Notes: generated by a model from the letters alone, not told the origin. DNA of 62,979 nt from Candidatus Omnitrophota bacterium (GCA_026416665.1 JAOAET010000057.1:1-62979), one strand, 5' to 3'; counted from the stretch's first letter, positions 1-12,854 are shown. Program-made: numbers and translations.

Positions 1-114
1 AGTGTGCGTTTAGTTGTCAATAACAAGGTTTATGAAAATCTAGGTAGTCGTCGACAGATAATTAAGGATTTAGTAGTAACTAGCGACGGACGGCTCATCA
101 GTTCAAATCGATGA
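1..114 (+). CDS. 3' end of a probable RodZ-like (DUF4115) protein, partial
   Basis: Frame 1 is open from base 1 (SVRLVVNNKVYENLGSRRQIIKDLVVTSDGRLISSNR*). Stop overlaps the rimO start (ATGA). Resembles the DUF4115 C-terminus, and rodZ-rimO-pgsA is a known gene order. Confidence 0.55.
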   Translation, partial: SVRLVVNNKVYENLGSRRQIIKDLVVTSDGRLISSNR

Positions 115-1376
115 AAAACAGCCTTGCGGTAGGTATTATAAGTTTGGGTTGTCCGCGCAATCTGGTGGATTCTGAGACTATAGTATCAATACTATCTCAA
201 CGCGGTCATCGCCTAGTTTCTCCAGAGGAAGCAGAGGTTGTTTTTATTAACACCTGTGCGTTTATAGAAGAAGCAAAAAAAGAGACCATAGATACTATTT
301 TAGAATTTGCCCAATTAAAAAAAAGAGGGCGGCTTAAAAAATTAATTGTCTGCGGCTGTCTTGTTCAACGATATAAGAAAAAATTGATAAAACTCTTACC
401 TGAGGTTGATGGTTTTATTGGTGCCCCAGAGCTTTTAGTAAAATCACCCCGTATATGTCTTACTCCGCCCTTTTATAAATATCTTAAGATTTGTGAAGGA
501 TGTATTAATAATTGCAGTTACTGTGTTATTCCTAAAATAAAGGGTTCTTTAAAGAGTGCTCCTTCAACTGATATTTTAGACGTGGTAAGAGATTTTAACA
601 GAGAAGGCGTTGCTGAGCTTAATATTATTGGTCAAGATATTACTGCTTACGGGCTTGATTATGGGATAAAAAATGGTCTTGTAAAGCTTCTGGAAAAAGT
701 ATATAGACACAGTAAAAATATTCACTGGCTTAGACTTCTATATCTCTCACCAGAACGGATAACTAAAGACTTAATTTTTTTTATAAAGGAGCATCCGCGT
801 ATTTGTAGATATCTTGATATTCCTATTCAGCATTGTAGTAACCGTATTCTTAAATTAATGAACAGAAGGATCTCCTTTTCTTCTATTTGTCGCTTAATAG
901 AGATGGTACGAAAATATATCCCCGATATCTGCTTAAGGACATCGATTATCGTAGGTTTTCCCCAGGAAACAGAAAAAGAATTTAAGCAGTTACTTAATTT
1001 TATTCGGAATGTGCAATTTGAACGCTTAGGTGCGTTTATGTATTCTCCAGAAGAAGGCACACCTGCTTGTAATTTTACTGGACAGATTCACCATTCTATA
1101 AAAAAAGCGCGTTATCGACAGTTGATGTTTACACAACAGGAAGTAGCACGGTTAGTAAATAAAAGATTTTTTAACAAGACATTAGAAGTTTTGATAGAAG
1201 AAAATGCCTCTGACCATTATCTTGGACGGACACAATACGATGCTCCAGAAGTAGATGGTTTGGTATATGTGCACTCAAAACAGAGGCTTTCAGTTGGGGA
1301 ATTTGTCAAGGTTCGCATAATAGATACCTTAGATTATGATTTAGTAGGGGAGGTTATCAATGAATCTAGCCAATAA
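111..1376 (+). CDS. rimO: Ribosomal protein S12 methylthiotransferase
   Basis: SLGCPRNLVDSE and NTCAFI N-domain, CxxxCxxC (CINNCSYC), C-terminal DAPEVDG/TRAM. Confidence 0.95.
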   Translation: MKNSLAVGIISLGCPRNLVDSETIVSILSQRGHRLVSPEEAEVVFINTCAFIEEAKKETIDTILEFAQLKKRGRLKKLIVCGCLVQRYKKKLIKLLPEVDGFIGAPELLVKSPRICLTPPFYKYLKICEGCINNCSYCVIPKIKGSLKSAPSTDILDVVRDFNREGVAELNIIGQDITAYGLDYGIKNGLVKLLEKVYRHSKNIHWLRLLYLSPERITKDLIFFIKEHPRICRYLDIPIQHCSNRILKLMNRRISFSSICRLIEMVRKYIPDICLRTSIIVGFPQETEKEFKQLLNFIRNVQFERLGAFMYSPEEGTPACNFTGQIHHSIKKARYRQLMFTQQEVARLVNKRFFNKTLEVLIEENASDHYLGRTQYDAPEVDGLVYVHSKQRLSVGEFVKVRIIDTLDYDLVGEVINESSQ

Positions 1377-1953
1377 GATAACTATTTCGCGAATTATCTT
1401 AACCTTCGTTTTTATTTTTCTTTTATCTTTTCCTTTTCCTAATAACTGGCACCTTTGGACAAAAGCCGCAAGCCTGGTTGTGTTTCTTCTGGCTGCACTT
1501 TCAGATTTATTAGATGGAAAGATTGCCCAGAAATGGAATATGGTTACTGATTTCGGCAAGTTAATGGACCCTATTGCTGACAAAATGCTTGTTTTGTCAG
1601 CTTTTTTAGTTTTTGTTCAAATGGGGCTTATTGCTGGTTGGATGGTGGTGATTATTGTGGCCCGAGAATTATTAATTACCTCTTTGAGGTTGTTTGCCTT
1701 AAATAAAGGAAAAGTTCTTTCTGCTGCAAAAAGTGGTAAACATAAAACATTCTCCCAGATGTTGTTGATAATTATTATTTTAAGTTTCATTGTTTTTAAA
1801 GAGTTCTGTAAGGTATATGCAAGTTGGAATCCTTATTGGGAAAAGGGCTTTATCTGGGCAGTAAATATTGTAATGTGGTTTGTGGTGATTTTGACTCTTT
1901 GGTCAGGACTGTCCTATTTGTGGAAGAATCGTAAGGTGATAGCAAATATATAG
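1360..1953 (+). CDS. pgsA: CDP-diacylglycerol--glycerol-3-phosphate 3-phosphatidyltransferase
   Basis: NLANKIT..R start; DLLDGKIA..FGKLMDPIADK CDP-alcohol motif; hydrophobic. Confidence 0.95.
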   Translation: MNLANKITISRIILTFVFIFLLSFPFPNNWHLWTKAASLVVFLLAALSDLLDGKIAQKWNMVTDFGKLMDPIADKMLVLSAFLVFVQMGLIAGWMVVIIVARELLITSLRLFALNKGKVLSAAKSGKHKTFSQMLLIIIILSFIVFKEFCKVYASWNPYWEKGFIWAVNIVMWFVVILTLWSGLSYLWKNRKVIANI

Positions 1954-1971
1954 AACTTAAAAGATATTAAA

Positions 1972-2442
1972 ATGAAAAAAATCTTTTTACAGTTTATGGG
2001 AATTGTTGCTTGTGGATTGGGATTAGGATTTTTCCCTTTTATTCCAGGCACAATAGCAAGTCTGGCGGTGTGTTTTAGCTATGCCATTCTTAGACCAAAA
2101 ATTTTAAACTGGATAGGCTGGGTTATTTTTTTCTGTATTTCAGGTTTGATTACTTCAGGTATTCAGGAAAAACAGTTTAAAAGAAAAGATGATAAACGGA
2201 TTGTGATTGATGAGTTTTGCGGTATGGCGATTGGACTTATAGGGGTGCCACAGGATTTTTTACTTTTAGGTATTGCCTTTTTTTTATTTAGATTATTCGA
2301 TACATTAAAGGTCTTTCCTATTTCTTCAGTCCAGCAGTTAAAGGGTAGCTGGGGGATTATGCTGGACGATATTATTGCTGGTTGTTACACTGTCTTGGTT
2401 GTGCAGTTAATTTTTCTGTTGAACAGATTAATTGGTTTCTGA
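1972..2442 (+). CDS. pgpA: Phosphatidylglycerophosphatase A
   Basis: PGTIAS, IVIDE, FRLFD..K, GIMLDD motifs; follows pgsA. Confidence 0.93.
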   Translation: MKKIFLQFMGIVACGLGLGFFPFIPGTIASLAVCFSYAILRPKILNWIGWVIFFCISGLITSGIQEKQFKRKDDKRIVIDEFCGMAIGLIGVPQDFLLLGIAFFLFRLFDTLKVFPISSVQQLKGSWGIMLDDIIAGCYTVLVVQLIFLLNRLIGF

Positions 2443-2477
2443 TATCAACTATCCTGATAAATTTTATTTATCCTTGT

Positions 2478-3044
2478 TTATCCAAGGTTATATTCGGCAA
2501 TTGTTCTATAGACAGGTCCGCTGGGTAAGAGGATACTTTCAAAGAGAGTGATTTTATCTACCTGGAAAGGTTCAAAGACAAATAAGGGTTTTTGATTAAG
2601 GATTTTTATCCTCTCTGCTAACTTGTTTAGATTCTTTGGTGAACGGATTCGGCCTAAGGTGATATGGCAACGAAAAGGTCGTTGTTCTTTCGCAATACCT
2701 AAGTTTTGTAAGGTTTCTTCTATTTGTGTGGCTAGGTCAGTAACCTGGTGGCTGCCTTCCTGGGTTCCTATCCAGATGACCCTTGCCTTCTCAAGCGAAG
2801 GGAATCCTTTTAATTTATCTAAACCTAAATTAAATTTTCGAAAATCATTGACAATTTCTTTAAGACAACTTTTAACTTTCTCTAAAGTTTCTTGGTCTAT
2901 CTCACCTAAAAACTTCAGAGTAAGATGGATATTACTTTTCTCTACCCACTTTACATCCGCCTTACTTTCTGATAAGGCCTGCTGGAGATTAGCGATTTTT
3001 TCTTTTATAGGTTCGGGTAAGGTTAACGCAATAAAGCTACGCAT
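2478..3044 (-). CDS. thpR: RNA 2',3'-cyclic phosphodiesterase (2H family)
   Basis: MRSFIAL start, two HxT motifs (HLTLKFLG, HITLGR), GPVY end. Confidence 0.93.
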   Translation of the reverse strand: MRSFIALTLPEPIKEKIANLQQALSESKADVKWVEKSNIHLTLKFLGEIDQETLEKVKSCLKEIVNDFRKFNLGLDKLKGFPSLEKARVIWIGTQEGSHQVTDLATQIEETLQNLGIAKEQRPFRCHITLGRIRSPKNLNKLAERIKILNQKPLFVFEPFQVDKITLFESILLPSGPVYRTIAEYNLG

Positions 3045-3050
3045 AGAGAT

Positions 3051-3524
3051 TTAGCATAGAAATTCTTTGTAAAGTAATTCTAATGCCTTTTTACTTGCTT
3101 GTTTGCGGATAGAACTGCGGCTTCCTTTAAACAAGAATTTTTGACACAGTAGCCGTTTACTATCCTTAAGAGCAATCCAAACTGTTCCTACAGGTTTCTT
3201 AATTGTTCCACCACCCGGACCAGCAATACCTGTAATGGAAATGGCATAGTCTGAATGAGCAATCTTTTGAACTGCTTTTACCATAGCTTGGGCAACTTCC
3301 CTTGAGACAGCACCGAAATTCTGAAGATACTTTTTTCTTATTCCTAAGATACTAATTTTAGCAGAGTTACTATAAGACACCACCCCTAATAAGAAATAAG
3401 AAGAACTACCAGATTTACTTGTAAGTAACATAGACAGCATTCCACCAGTACATGATTCTGCAACTGCTATGGTTTTTTTAAGCACCAGAAGTTTTCTATG
3501 AACTAAAGTTATTATATCTGTCAT
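3051..3524 (-). CDS. pncC: Nicotinamide-nucleotide amidohydrolase (CinA C-terminal domain only)
   Basis: AVAESCTGG, GSSSYF, SITGIAGPGGG, KPVGTV motifs. Confidence 0.9.
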   Translation of the reverse strand: MTDIITLVHRKLLVLKKTIAVAESCTGGMLSMLLTSKSGSSSYFLLGVVSYSNSAKISILGIRKKYLQNFGAVSREVAQAMVKAVQKIAHSDYAISITGIAGPGGGTIKKPVGTVWIALKDSKRLLCQKFLFKGSRSSIRKQASKKALELLYKEFLC

Positions 3525-3530
3525 ACAAAT

Positions 3531-3558
3531 ATTATATCTTTTTGTTTTACCTTGACAA
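3531..3558 (-). promoter_or_regulatory. Sigma70-type promoter for pncC-thpR, probably leaderless
   Basis: Minus strand TTGTCA-16-TATAAT; the -10 ends 7 nt before the ATG. Confidence 0.6.
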
Positions 3559-3580
3559 AGTAGATTTTATTTATTATACT
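3552..3580 (+). promoter_or_regulatory. Sigma70-type promoter of the riboflavin operon
   Basis: TTGACA-17-TATACT directly upstream of the FMN aptamer. Confidence 0.85.
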
Positions 3581-3587
3581 TATTTAC

Positions 3588-3776
3588 AATCTTCGGGGCA
3601 GGGTGAAATTCCCGACCGGCGGTAAAAGCAAAATAGTAAGCTTGAAGCCCGCAAGCTAGCCGGTGGCTAGCAGATACCGGTGAGATACCGGAGCCGATGG
3701 TTTGCAAAGGTACTTTTATAAAAAAGTTCTTTGCAGACACCTTGAAAGAGGTGTATAGTCCAGATGGGAGAAGAGA
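3588..3776 (+). ncRNA. FMN riboswitch (RFN element) with an insert in the P6 loop
   Basis: TCTTCGGGGCAGGGTGAAATTCCCGACCGGCGGT...AGCCCGC...GCAGA..CCGGTGAGATACCGGAGCCGA...AGTCCAGATGGGAGAAGA; upstream of ribBA. Confidence 0.95.
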
Positions 3777-3791
3777 AAAAAGGACATTTCT

Positions 3792-3824
3792 AACCCGAAG
3801 AGAAATCTTCGGGTTTTAAATTTT
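3792..3824 (+). terminator. Riboswitch expression-platform terminator
   Basis: AACCCGAAGA-GAAA-TCTTCGGGTT then TTAAATTTT. The left arm can instead pair with the aptamer P1 5' strand (TCTTCGGG, 3590-3597). Confidence 0.85.
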
Positions 3825-3835
3825 AAGAGGTGGCT

Positions 3836-5038
3836 ATGCTTTCTAGTATCCCAGAAATTTTAGAAGACCTACGTAAAGGTAAGATGGTAATTGTTGTTGA
3901 TGACGAGGATCGCGAAAACGAAGGAGATTTGGTAATTGCTGCCTGTTTTGCGGGTTCTAAAGAAATTAATTTTATGGCAAAATACGGACGCGGTCTTATT
4001 TGTGTGCCAATGGAAGAAGAACGTTTGCGCCAACTTAACCTGGCACCGATGATAAATGCAGATTATAGTCAGAGCGACCCTTGGCAGACGGCGTGGATGA
4101 TTTCTGTAGACGCACGAAAAGGCATTACTACAGGTATCTCTGCCTATGACCGAGCGCATACTATTTCCTTATTAATTAATCCTGATACTAAACCAGAAGA
4201 CTTGGTGCGTCCAGGTCATATTTTTCCTTTACGTGCTCGTAAAGGAGGAGTATTGGTAAGGGCAGGGCATACTGAGGCAGCAGTAGATTTAATGCGACTT
4301 GCAGGTTTGTATCCCGCAGGGGTTATCTGTGAAATTATGAATGAAGACGGCACAATGGCACGAATGGTAGAGTTAGAACAGTTTGCCAAACAGCATAATC
4401 TTAAGATATGTTCAATAGCTACACTTATTGAATACCGTCAAAGAACCGAAAAACTTATTTCATTAATTTCTAAGGCAAATCTTCCTACTGAATTTGGAGA
4501 TTTTCTGATGATTCTGTATCGTGACCTTATAGAAAACAAAACACATGTAGCATTGGTAAAAGGAAATTGGCAAGATGAACCGGTGATGGTAAGAGTCCAC
4601 TCAGAGTGTTTAACTGGTGATACCTTTGCTTCTTTACGCTGTGATTGTGGAAAGCAACTTAGAGAAGCAATGCGTATGATTCAAAAAGAAGGCAAAGGTG
4701 TTCTTCTATATATGCGGCAGGAAGGAAGAGGTATTGGTCTTGAGGCGAAAATTCGCGCCTATAATCTTCAAGAACAAGGGTTAGATACAGTGGAGGCAAA
4801 TGAAGCATTAGGTTTTAAACCAGATATGCGCGATTATGGTATTGGGGCTCAGATTTTAGCAGACCTGGGTATAAAGAAGATTCGTCTTTTAACTAATAAT
4901 CCACGTAAGATTGTAGGCCTTGAAGGTTATGGGTTAACTGTGGTAGAGCGAATTCCGCTTGAGATAGAGCCAAACCATCTAAATTACCGTTATCTAAAAG
5001 CAAAAAAAGAGAAATTGGGACATAAACTTTCTTTATAA
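3836..5038 (+). CDS. ribBA: Bifunctional DHBP synthase / GTP cyclohydrolase II
   Basis: [47 protein letters not shown] 3836 follows SD GAGGTG (alternative GTG 3830). Confidence 0.96.
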   Translation: MLSSIPEILEDLRKGKMVIVVDDEDRENEGDLVIAACFAGSKEINFMAKYGRGLICVPMEEERLRQLNLAPMINADYSQSDPWQTAWMISVDARKGITTGISAYDRAHTISLLINPDTKPEDLVRPGHIFPLRARKGGVLVRAGHTEAAVDLMRLAGLYPAGVICEIMNEDGTMARMVELEQFAKQHNLKICSIATLIEYRQRTEKLISLISKANLPTEFGDFLMILYRDLIENKTHVALVKGNWQDEPVMVRVHSECLTGDTFASLRCDCGKQLREAMRMIQKEGKGVLLYMRQEGRGIGLEAKIRAYNLQEQGLDTVEANEALGFKPDMRDYGIGAQILADLGIKKIRLLTNNPRKIVGLEGYGLTVVERIPLEIEPNHLNYRYLKAKKEKLGHKLSL

Positions 5039-5051
5039 AGAGGAGGAAGAT

Positions 5052-5528
5052 ATGACAAAGATAGTGATTGGTGAGCTTACTGCTCAAAATAAAAAATTTG
5101 GAATTGTAGCCTCGCGTTTTAATGATTTTACCACCAAGGCCTTGGTTGAAGGATGTGTCGATACCCTTATTCGTCACGGTGCTAAAGAAGGTGATATTAC
5201 TGTGGTTTGGGTTCCTGGTGCATTTGAATTACCAGTTACTGCCCAGGCGTTAGCAAAGACAGAAGATTTTGATGCCATTATTTGTCTGGGTACGATTATT
5301 CGCGGTGCTACTGCCCATTTTGATTTTATTGCCTCTGAAGCAGCCAAAGGGATTGCCAAGGTTTCTTTAGATAATGCCATACCAGTTGTTTTTGGGGTAA
5401 TTACTGCAGATACCATTGAACAGGCTATTGAACGCGCCGGTACCAAAGACGGTAATAAAGGAAGAGATGCTGCACTTACTGCCATTGAGATGGTCAATGT
5501 ATTAGGCAAGGTTAGCAAGAAAAAATAG
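5052..5528 (+). CDS. ribH: 6,7-dimethyl-8-ribityllumazine synthase
   Basis: [28 protein letters not shown]; SD AGGAGG. Confidence 0.96.
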   Translation: MTKIVIGELTAQNKKFGIVASRFNDFTTKALVEGCVDTLIRHGAKEGDITVVWVPGAFELPVTAQALAKTEDFDAIICLGTIIRGATAHFDFIASEAAKGIAKVSLDNAIPVVFGVITADTIEQAIERAGTKDGNKGRDAALTAIEMVNVLGKVSKKK

Positions 5529-5536
5529 ATAAATTT

Positions 5537-5950
5537 ATGCGTAAACGCACGTTAGCAAGAGAATTTGCACTGCAAATACTTTATCAAATAGATATTACCC
5601 AACAAGATGCAACTTCTGCCTGTGAAAATTTCTGGCAAGCTTTAGAGCATGCACCTGAACAAGAAATAAAAACTTTTACTGAGGAACTTGTGTTAGGAGT
5701 TTCTACAGCCAAAGACGCTTTAGATAAAAAGATTTCTCAATATGCCAAAAATTGGGAATTAGACCGTATAGCCGTAGTAGATCGCAATATCTTAAGGTTA
5801 GGTGGATATGAGATACTTTATCGTAGTGATATTCCTCCTAAGGTTGCCATTAATGAGGCAGTAGAGTTGGCAAAAAAATACGCCGATATCCCCGCAGCAA
5901 AATTTGTCAACGGGATATTAGATAAGTTTAAACAAGAACGCCAGATATGA
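5537..5950 (+). CDS. nusB: Transcription antitermination factor NusB
   Basis: RTLARE.ALQ.LY, DRNILR, VAINEAVELAK, FVNGILD. Confidence 0.96.
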   Translation: MRKRTLAREFALQILYQIDITQQDATSACENFWQALEHAPEQEIKTFTEELVLGVSTAKDALDKKISQYAKNWELDRIAVVDRNILRLGGYEILYRSDIPPKVAINEAVELAKKYADIPAAKFVNGILDKFKQERQI

Positions 5951-6777
5951 AGAAGGCAGATTTACACATCCATACCAATTTTTCTGATGGTACCTATTCT
6001 ACTCAACAGTTATTAGAAGAAGCTGAAAACATAGGGCTTAACTGTATTGCCATTACTGACCATGATACTGTGGCTGCAGTTGTAGAGGCCTTAAAATTTA
6101 AGACAACTTACAATGTAGAGGTTTTACCAGCAGTAGAATTTTCTTGTGAGTATGAGAAGAAAGAAGTACATATTCTTGGTTACCTTATTGATTACCTGAA
6201 TAAAGAATTACTTGAACAACTTGAGCAGGTGCGTAAAAGTAGGATAGAACGCGTTTATGCGATGGCAGAGAGATTAAAAGACAAGCTTGGTATAGAACTT
6301 GACCCGCAAGAGGTCTTTCTCTTAGCAAAAAACGCTACCGTAAGTAGGATGCACGTGGCTTATGCCTTAGTAAAAAGTGGAGTAGTAAACACTACCCAAG
6401 AGGCATTTTTACGATGTATTGGTGATACGGCACCAGGATATGTTACGGGTTTTAAGTTTTCGGTTCAACAGGCAATTGCACTTATTCGTCGTGTCGGTGG
6501 TATAGCAGTATTAGCCCATCCTTATACAATTGGTTGTGATGATTGTATAAAAGAATTTGCCAAAATGGGGCTTGCAGGTTTAGAGGTTTATTATAGTGAG
6601 CATACACAGGGAATGATAAACTTTTATAGAGATTTAGCCAACGATTTAGGATTATTGATTACTGGTGGTTCAGATTTTCATGGTGCAGCAAAGCCAGATA
6701 TTGTTTTGGGTAGTTTTACTGTTGACTATGAACTAGTGGAAAGACTCAAGGCTGCCCAGATTAAGCAGATTTATTAA
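5947..6777 (+). CDS. PHP-family phosphoesterase (YciV/TrpH-like)
   Basis: DLHIHT..SDG, AITDHDT, EVHILG, LAHP, GGSDFHG. Confidence 0.9.
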   Translation: MKKADLHIHTNFSDGTYSTQQLLEEAENIGLNCIAITDHDTVAAVVEALKFKTTYNVEVLPAVEFSCEYEKKEVHILGYLIDYLNKELLEQLEQVRKSRIERVYAMAERLKDKLGIELDPQEVFLLAKNATVSRMHVAYALVKSGVVNTTQEAFLRCIGDTAPGYVTGFKFSVQQAIALIRRVGGIAVLAHPYTIGCDDCIKEFAKMGLAGLEVYYSEHTQGMINFYRDLANDLGLLITGGSDFHGAAKPDIVLGSFTVDYELVERLKAAQIKQIY

Positions 6778-6810
6778 ACTATTTTAAACAAATCAACTTT
6801 AGAGTTTCCT

Positions 6811-7908
6811 ATGGACAAAAACTATCTTTATTATATGAATTTAGCTATGCGCCTTGCTTCAAAAGCACGCGGTTTTACTTCACCTAATCCTATGGTGGGT
6901 GCACTAGTAGTAAAAAATGGTAAGGTTATTGGTAAAGGTTATCATCAAAAGGCAGGACAGGCCCATGCTGAGATTATTGCCTTAGATGAAGCAGGTTCAC
7001 AAGCAAAAGGTGCTACTCTTTATGTGACACTTGAACCATGTGCCCATTATGGTCGAACCCCTCCTTGTGTAGACAGGATAATTCATAGCGGTATACGACA
7101 AGTAGTAGTAGGAATGGTTGACCCTAATCCATTGAATAATGGTAAGGGTATTCAGATTTTAAGAAACCATAATATTAAAGTAGTGGTGGGCATATTAGAA
7201 GAGAAACTACGCCTGTTAAACGAAGTTTTTATTAAATATATTACTAAACGTATGCCTTTTGTGACTATAAAGGTAGGGCAATCTTTAGACGGAAAGATTT
7301 CTACTAGAACAGGTGACTCAAGATGGATTACTTCTGAGAGTGCCCGTAGTTATAGCCACCGCATACGTCAGTATTATGATGCAATAATGGTAGGAGTAAA
7401 TACTATCTTACGCGATGACCCAAAACTAGATGCGTGGTTTGCTAAGCGTCAGCCTCAAAAGATTGTAGTAGATACCACTTTAAGTACACCTCGTCAAGCT
7501 AAGATTTTTTCTGGTAACAGTGGTGTAATTATTGCAACAGTTAAGACTAAACCTGGCCAGGAAACTGAAAATCGCATTCTTTTAGCAAAACAGGCAACAC
7601 TACTTGAGTGTCGTGAAAAATTTGGGCAAGTGGACTTAAAAGATATGTTAAAAAAGCTTGCCCAGAAAGAGATTGCTTCAATTCTGGTTGAAGGAGGGGG
7701 CACATTGATTGGATCTCTATTTGATGAGCGGTTAGTTGATAAAGTAATGTTTTTTATAAGTCCTAAGATTATTGGAGGAAAAGAAGCAATCAGTTCAGTG
7801 ATGGGAAAAGGTATAGCACGTTTGGATAAAGCAATCACTTTAAACAACGTGCGCTTACGTCGTTTTAGAGAAGATTTTCTTATTGAGGGGTATCCGAATT
7901 ATGTTTAG
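6811..7908 (+). CDS. ribD: Riboflavin biosynthesis deaminase/reductase
   Basis: PNPMVG, HAE, TLEPC..PPC, SLDGK..SRWIT, LVEGGG. Confidence 0.96.
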   Translation: MDKNYLYYMNLAMRLASKARGFTSPNPMVGALVVKNGKVIGKGYHQKAGQAHAEIIALDEAGSQAKGATLYVTLEPCAHYGRTPPCVDRIIHSGIRQVVVGMVDPNPLNNGKGIQILRNHNIKVVVGILEEKLRLLNEVFIKYITKRMPFVTIKVGQSLDGKISTRTGDSRWITSESARSYSHRIRQYYDAIMVGVNTILRDDPKLDAWFAKRQPQKIVVDTTLSTPRQAKIFSGNSGVIIATVKTKPGQETENRILLAKQATLLECREKFGQVDLKDMLKKLAQKEIASILVEGGGTLIGSLFDERLVDKVMFFISPKIIGGKEAISSVMGKGIARLDKAITLNNVRLRRFREDFLIEGYPNYV

Positions 7909-8488
7909 CGGAATAGTAGAAGAATTAGGCACGGTTGGGAGTATTTATCGTAGAGGACAGTTGATGCATTTAGGCATTAAGGCCTCCAAAGTAATAGAAG
8001 GCACAAAGATTGGTGATAGTATTGCTGTCAACGGTTGTTGTCTTACTGTAACAAAGACAGAAAACAATTGTCTTTGGTTTGAGGTAATGGCGCAAACTCA
8101 GAAGAATACAGTTCTTGGACAGTTGCGTCTGGGTCAAAAGGTTAACTTAGAGCGCAGTTTGCGTCTGGGAGATAGAATCTCCGGGCACTTTGTTTTAGGT
8201 CATATAGATTGTATTGGAACTATCCGACGCAGGTCTTCTTTTAGAGGCAATGTTTCATTGGAAATAGCAGTCCCAAGTCGCTTTTTAAATTGGGTAATTG
8301 CAAAGGGGTCAGTTAGTATAGATGGAGTAAGTTTAACTATTGCAGAAAAAAAACAAACTGGTTTCTGTGTCTTCCTAATTCCTCATACTTTAGAGAATAC
8401 TACCTTAGGACAAAAACACCCTTCAGAGGCAGTAAATATTGAGTTTGATATCCTCGTTAAAAAAGCATCTCCCGCCAACGTTGTTTGA
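7901..8488 (+). CDS. ribE: Riboflavin synthase
   Basis: MFSGIVEE N-terminus at ATG 7901; GDSIAVNGCCLT, NLER, GHFVLGHID. Confidence 0.95.
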   Translation: MFSGIVEELGTVGSIYRRGQLMHLGIKASKVIEGTKIGDSIAVNGCCLTVTKTENNCLWFEVMAQTQKNTVLGQLRLGQKVNLERSLRLGDRISGHFVLGHIDCIGTIRRRSSFRGNVSLEIAVPSRFLNWVIAKGSVSIDGVSLTIAEKKQTGFCVFLIPHTLENTTLGQKHPSEAVNIEFDILVKKASPANVV

Positions 8489-8493
8489 GGTTA

Positions 8494-8522
8494 TTGCCAA
8501 GCTGGTTTTATTTTGTTATACT
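8494..8522 (+). promoter_or_regulatory. Sigma70-type promoter upstream of tRNA-Pro
   Basis: TTGCCA-17-TATACT with an extended TGn. Confidence 0.65.
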
Positions 8523-8626
8523 AAAAGGTACATGCAGAAAACTGGATTTAAAATAGAAAGTGATAATTTGTCTTGCAGTTATTATTTTGTTTCGGAGAAA
8601 ATGAAATTATCTTTGAACCGAATCTA

Positions 8627-8702
8627 CGGGGCGTGGCTCAGTTTGGCTTAGAGCGCAGCGTTCGGGACGCTGAGGTCACAGGTTCAAGTCCTGTCGCCCC
8701 GA
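8627..8702 (+). tRNA. tRNA-Pro(CGG), CCA not encoded
   Basis: Cloverleaf: CGGGGCG/CGCCCCG acceptor, CAGCG-TTCGGGA-CGCTG anticodon arm, GGTTCAAGTCC T arm. Confidence 0.96.
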
Positions 8703-8718
8703 CTGGTTAGTGGTGGTT

Positions 8719-8999
8719 ATGCAAGAAGATATTTCTCAAGTTGAAGTAATTTATCGTGGTAGGGTACAAGGGGTAGGGTTTCGGTATACGGTGCGGTCTA
8801 TTGCGCGTAGTCTTAAAGTAGCTGGCTGGGTTAAAAATCTAGCTGATGGAAGTGTCCAACTTATGGCACAAGCAGATAAACAAACGTTGGAGAATTTTTT
8901 AAATCAAATAAAAGAAGAATTTTCTGGTTATATCCGAGATGTAGATTTAACCTGGAATAAGCCCACACAGAAATGGGATAGTTTTGAGATAACCTTTTG

Positions 9000-9000
<1 letters not shown>
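8719..9000 (+). CDS. acyP: Acylphosphatase
   Basis: GRVQGVGFR, GWVKNLADGSV; alternative GTG start at 8710. Confidence 0.93.
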
Positions 9001-12230
<3,230 letters not shown>

Positions 12231-12234
<4 letters not shown>

Positions 12235-12854
12235 TTCTTGAAACAGTTGTTGTAGGCCCTCTTCAGGTAAACTGTTATATTCTGGCAAAAGAAGAAGGAA
12301 AACCTGCCATTATTATTGACCCTGGTGCTGAGCCTGATAAAATTAAGAAGGTTTTAGCCAACAGGCATCTTACAGCTGGTTTAGTAGTTAATACCCACGG
12401 GCACTTTGACCATATTGGGGCTGATGATGCCTTTGGAGTACCGGTGGCAGTTGGTAAAGAAGATGCTTTTATGCTACTAGATGCTGCTCAAAATTTTTCT
12501 TTAGGGTTTGCTTCGCCAGTTACCGTTAGAGGGACAATACGTAAATTACACGATGGTCAGTTAATTGAGATATACGGAATAAGTTTACGTGTTTTACATA
12601 TCCCTGGTCATACTCCAGGGGGCATTGCCTTAGTTTTGGAAGCAACAGAACCCAAGATATGTTTTTCTGGGGATAGCCTTTTTTATGAGAGTATTGGTCG
12701 GACAGACTTAGGAGGCGATGAAGGAACCCTCTTAGATGCGGTGCGTAACAAGATTTTAATTTTACCAAAAAATACCTTAATTTACCCTGGACACGGACCT
12801 TCTACGACGGTAGGTCATGAACTTCGCTATAATCCCTTTTTTAACCACCAATGA
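12231..12854 (+). CDS. MBL-fold metallohydrolase (glyoxalase II-like)
   Basis: THGHFDHIG, PGHTPG, SGD.LF, PGHG. Confidence 0.92.

Noticed and set aside
8439-8651. 70-aa ORF between ribE and tRNA-Pro
   Set aside because: Overlaps ribE, the promoter and the tRNA.
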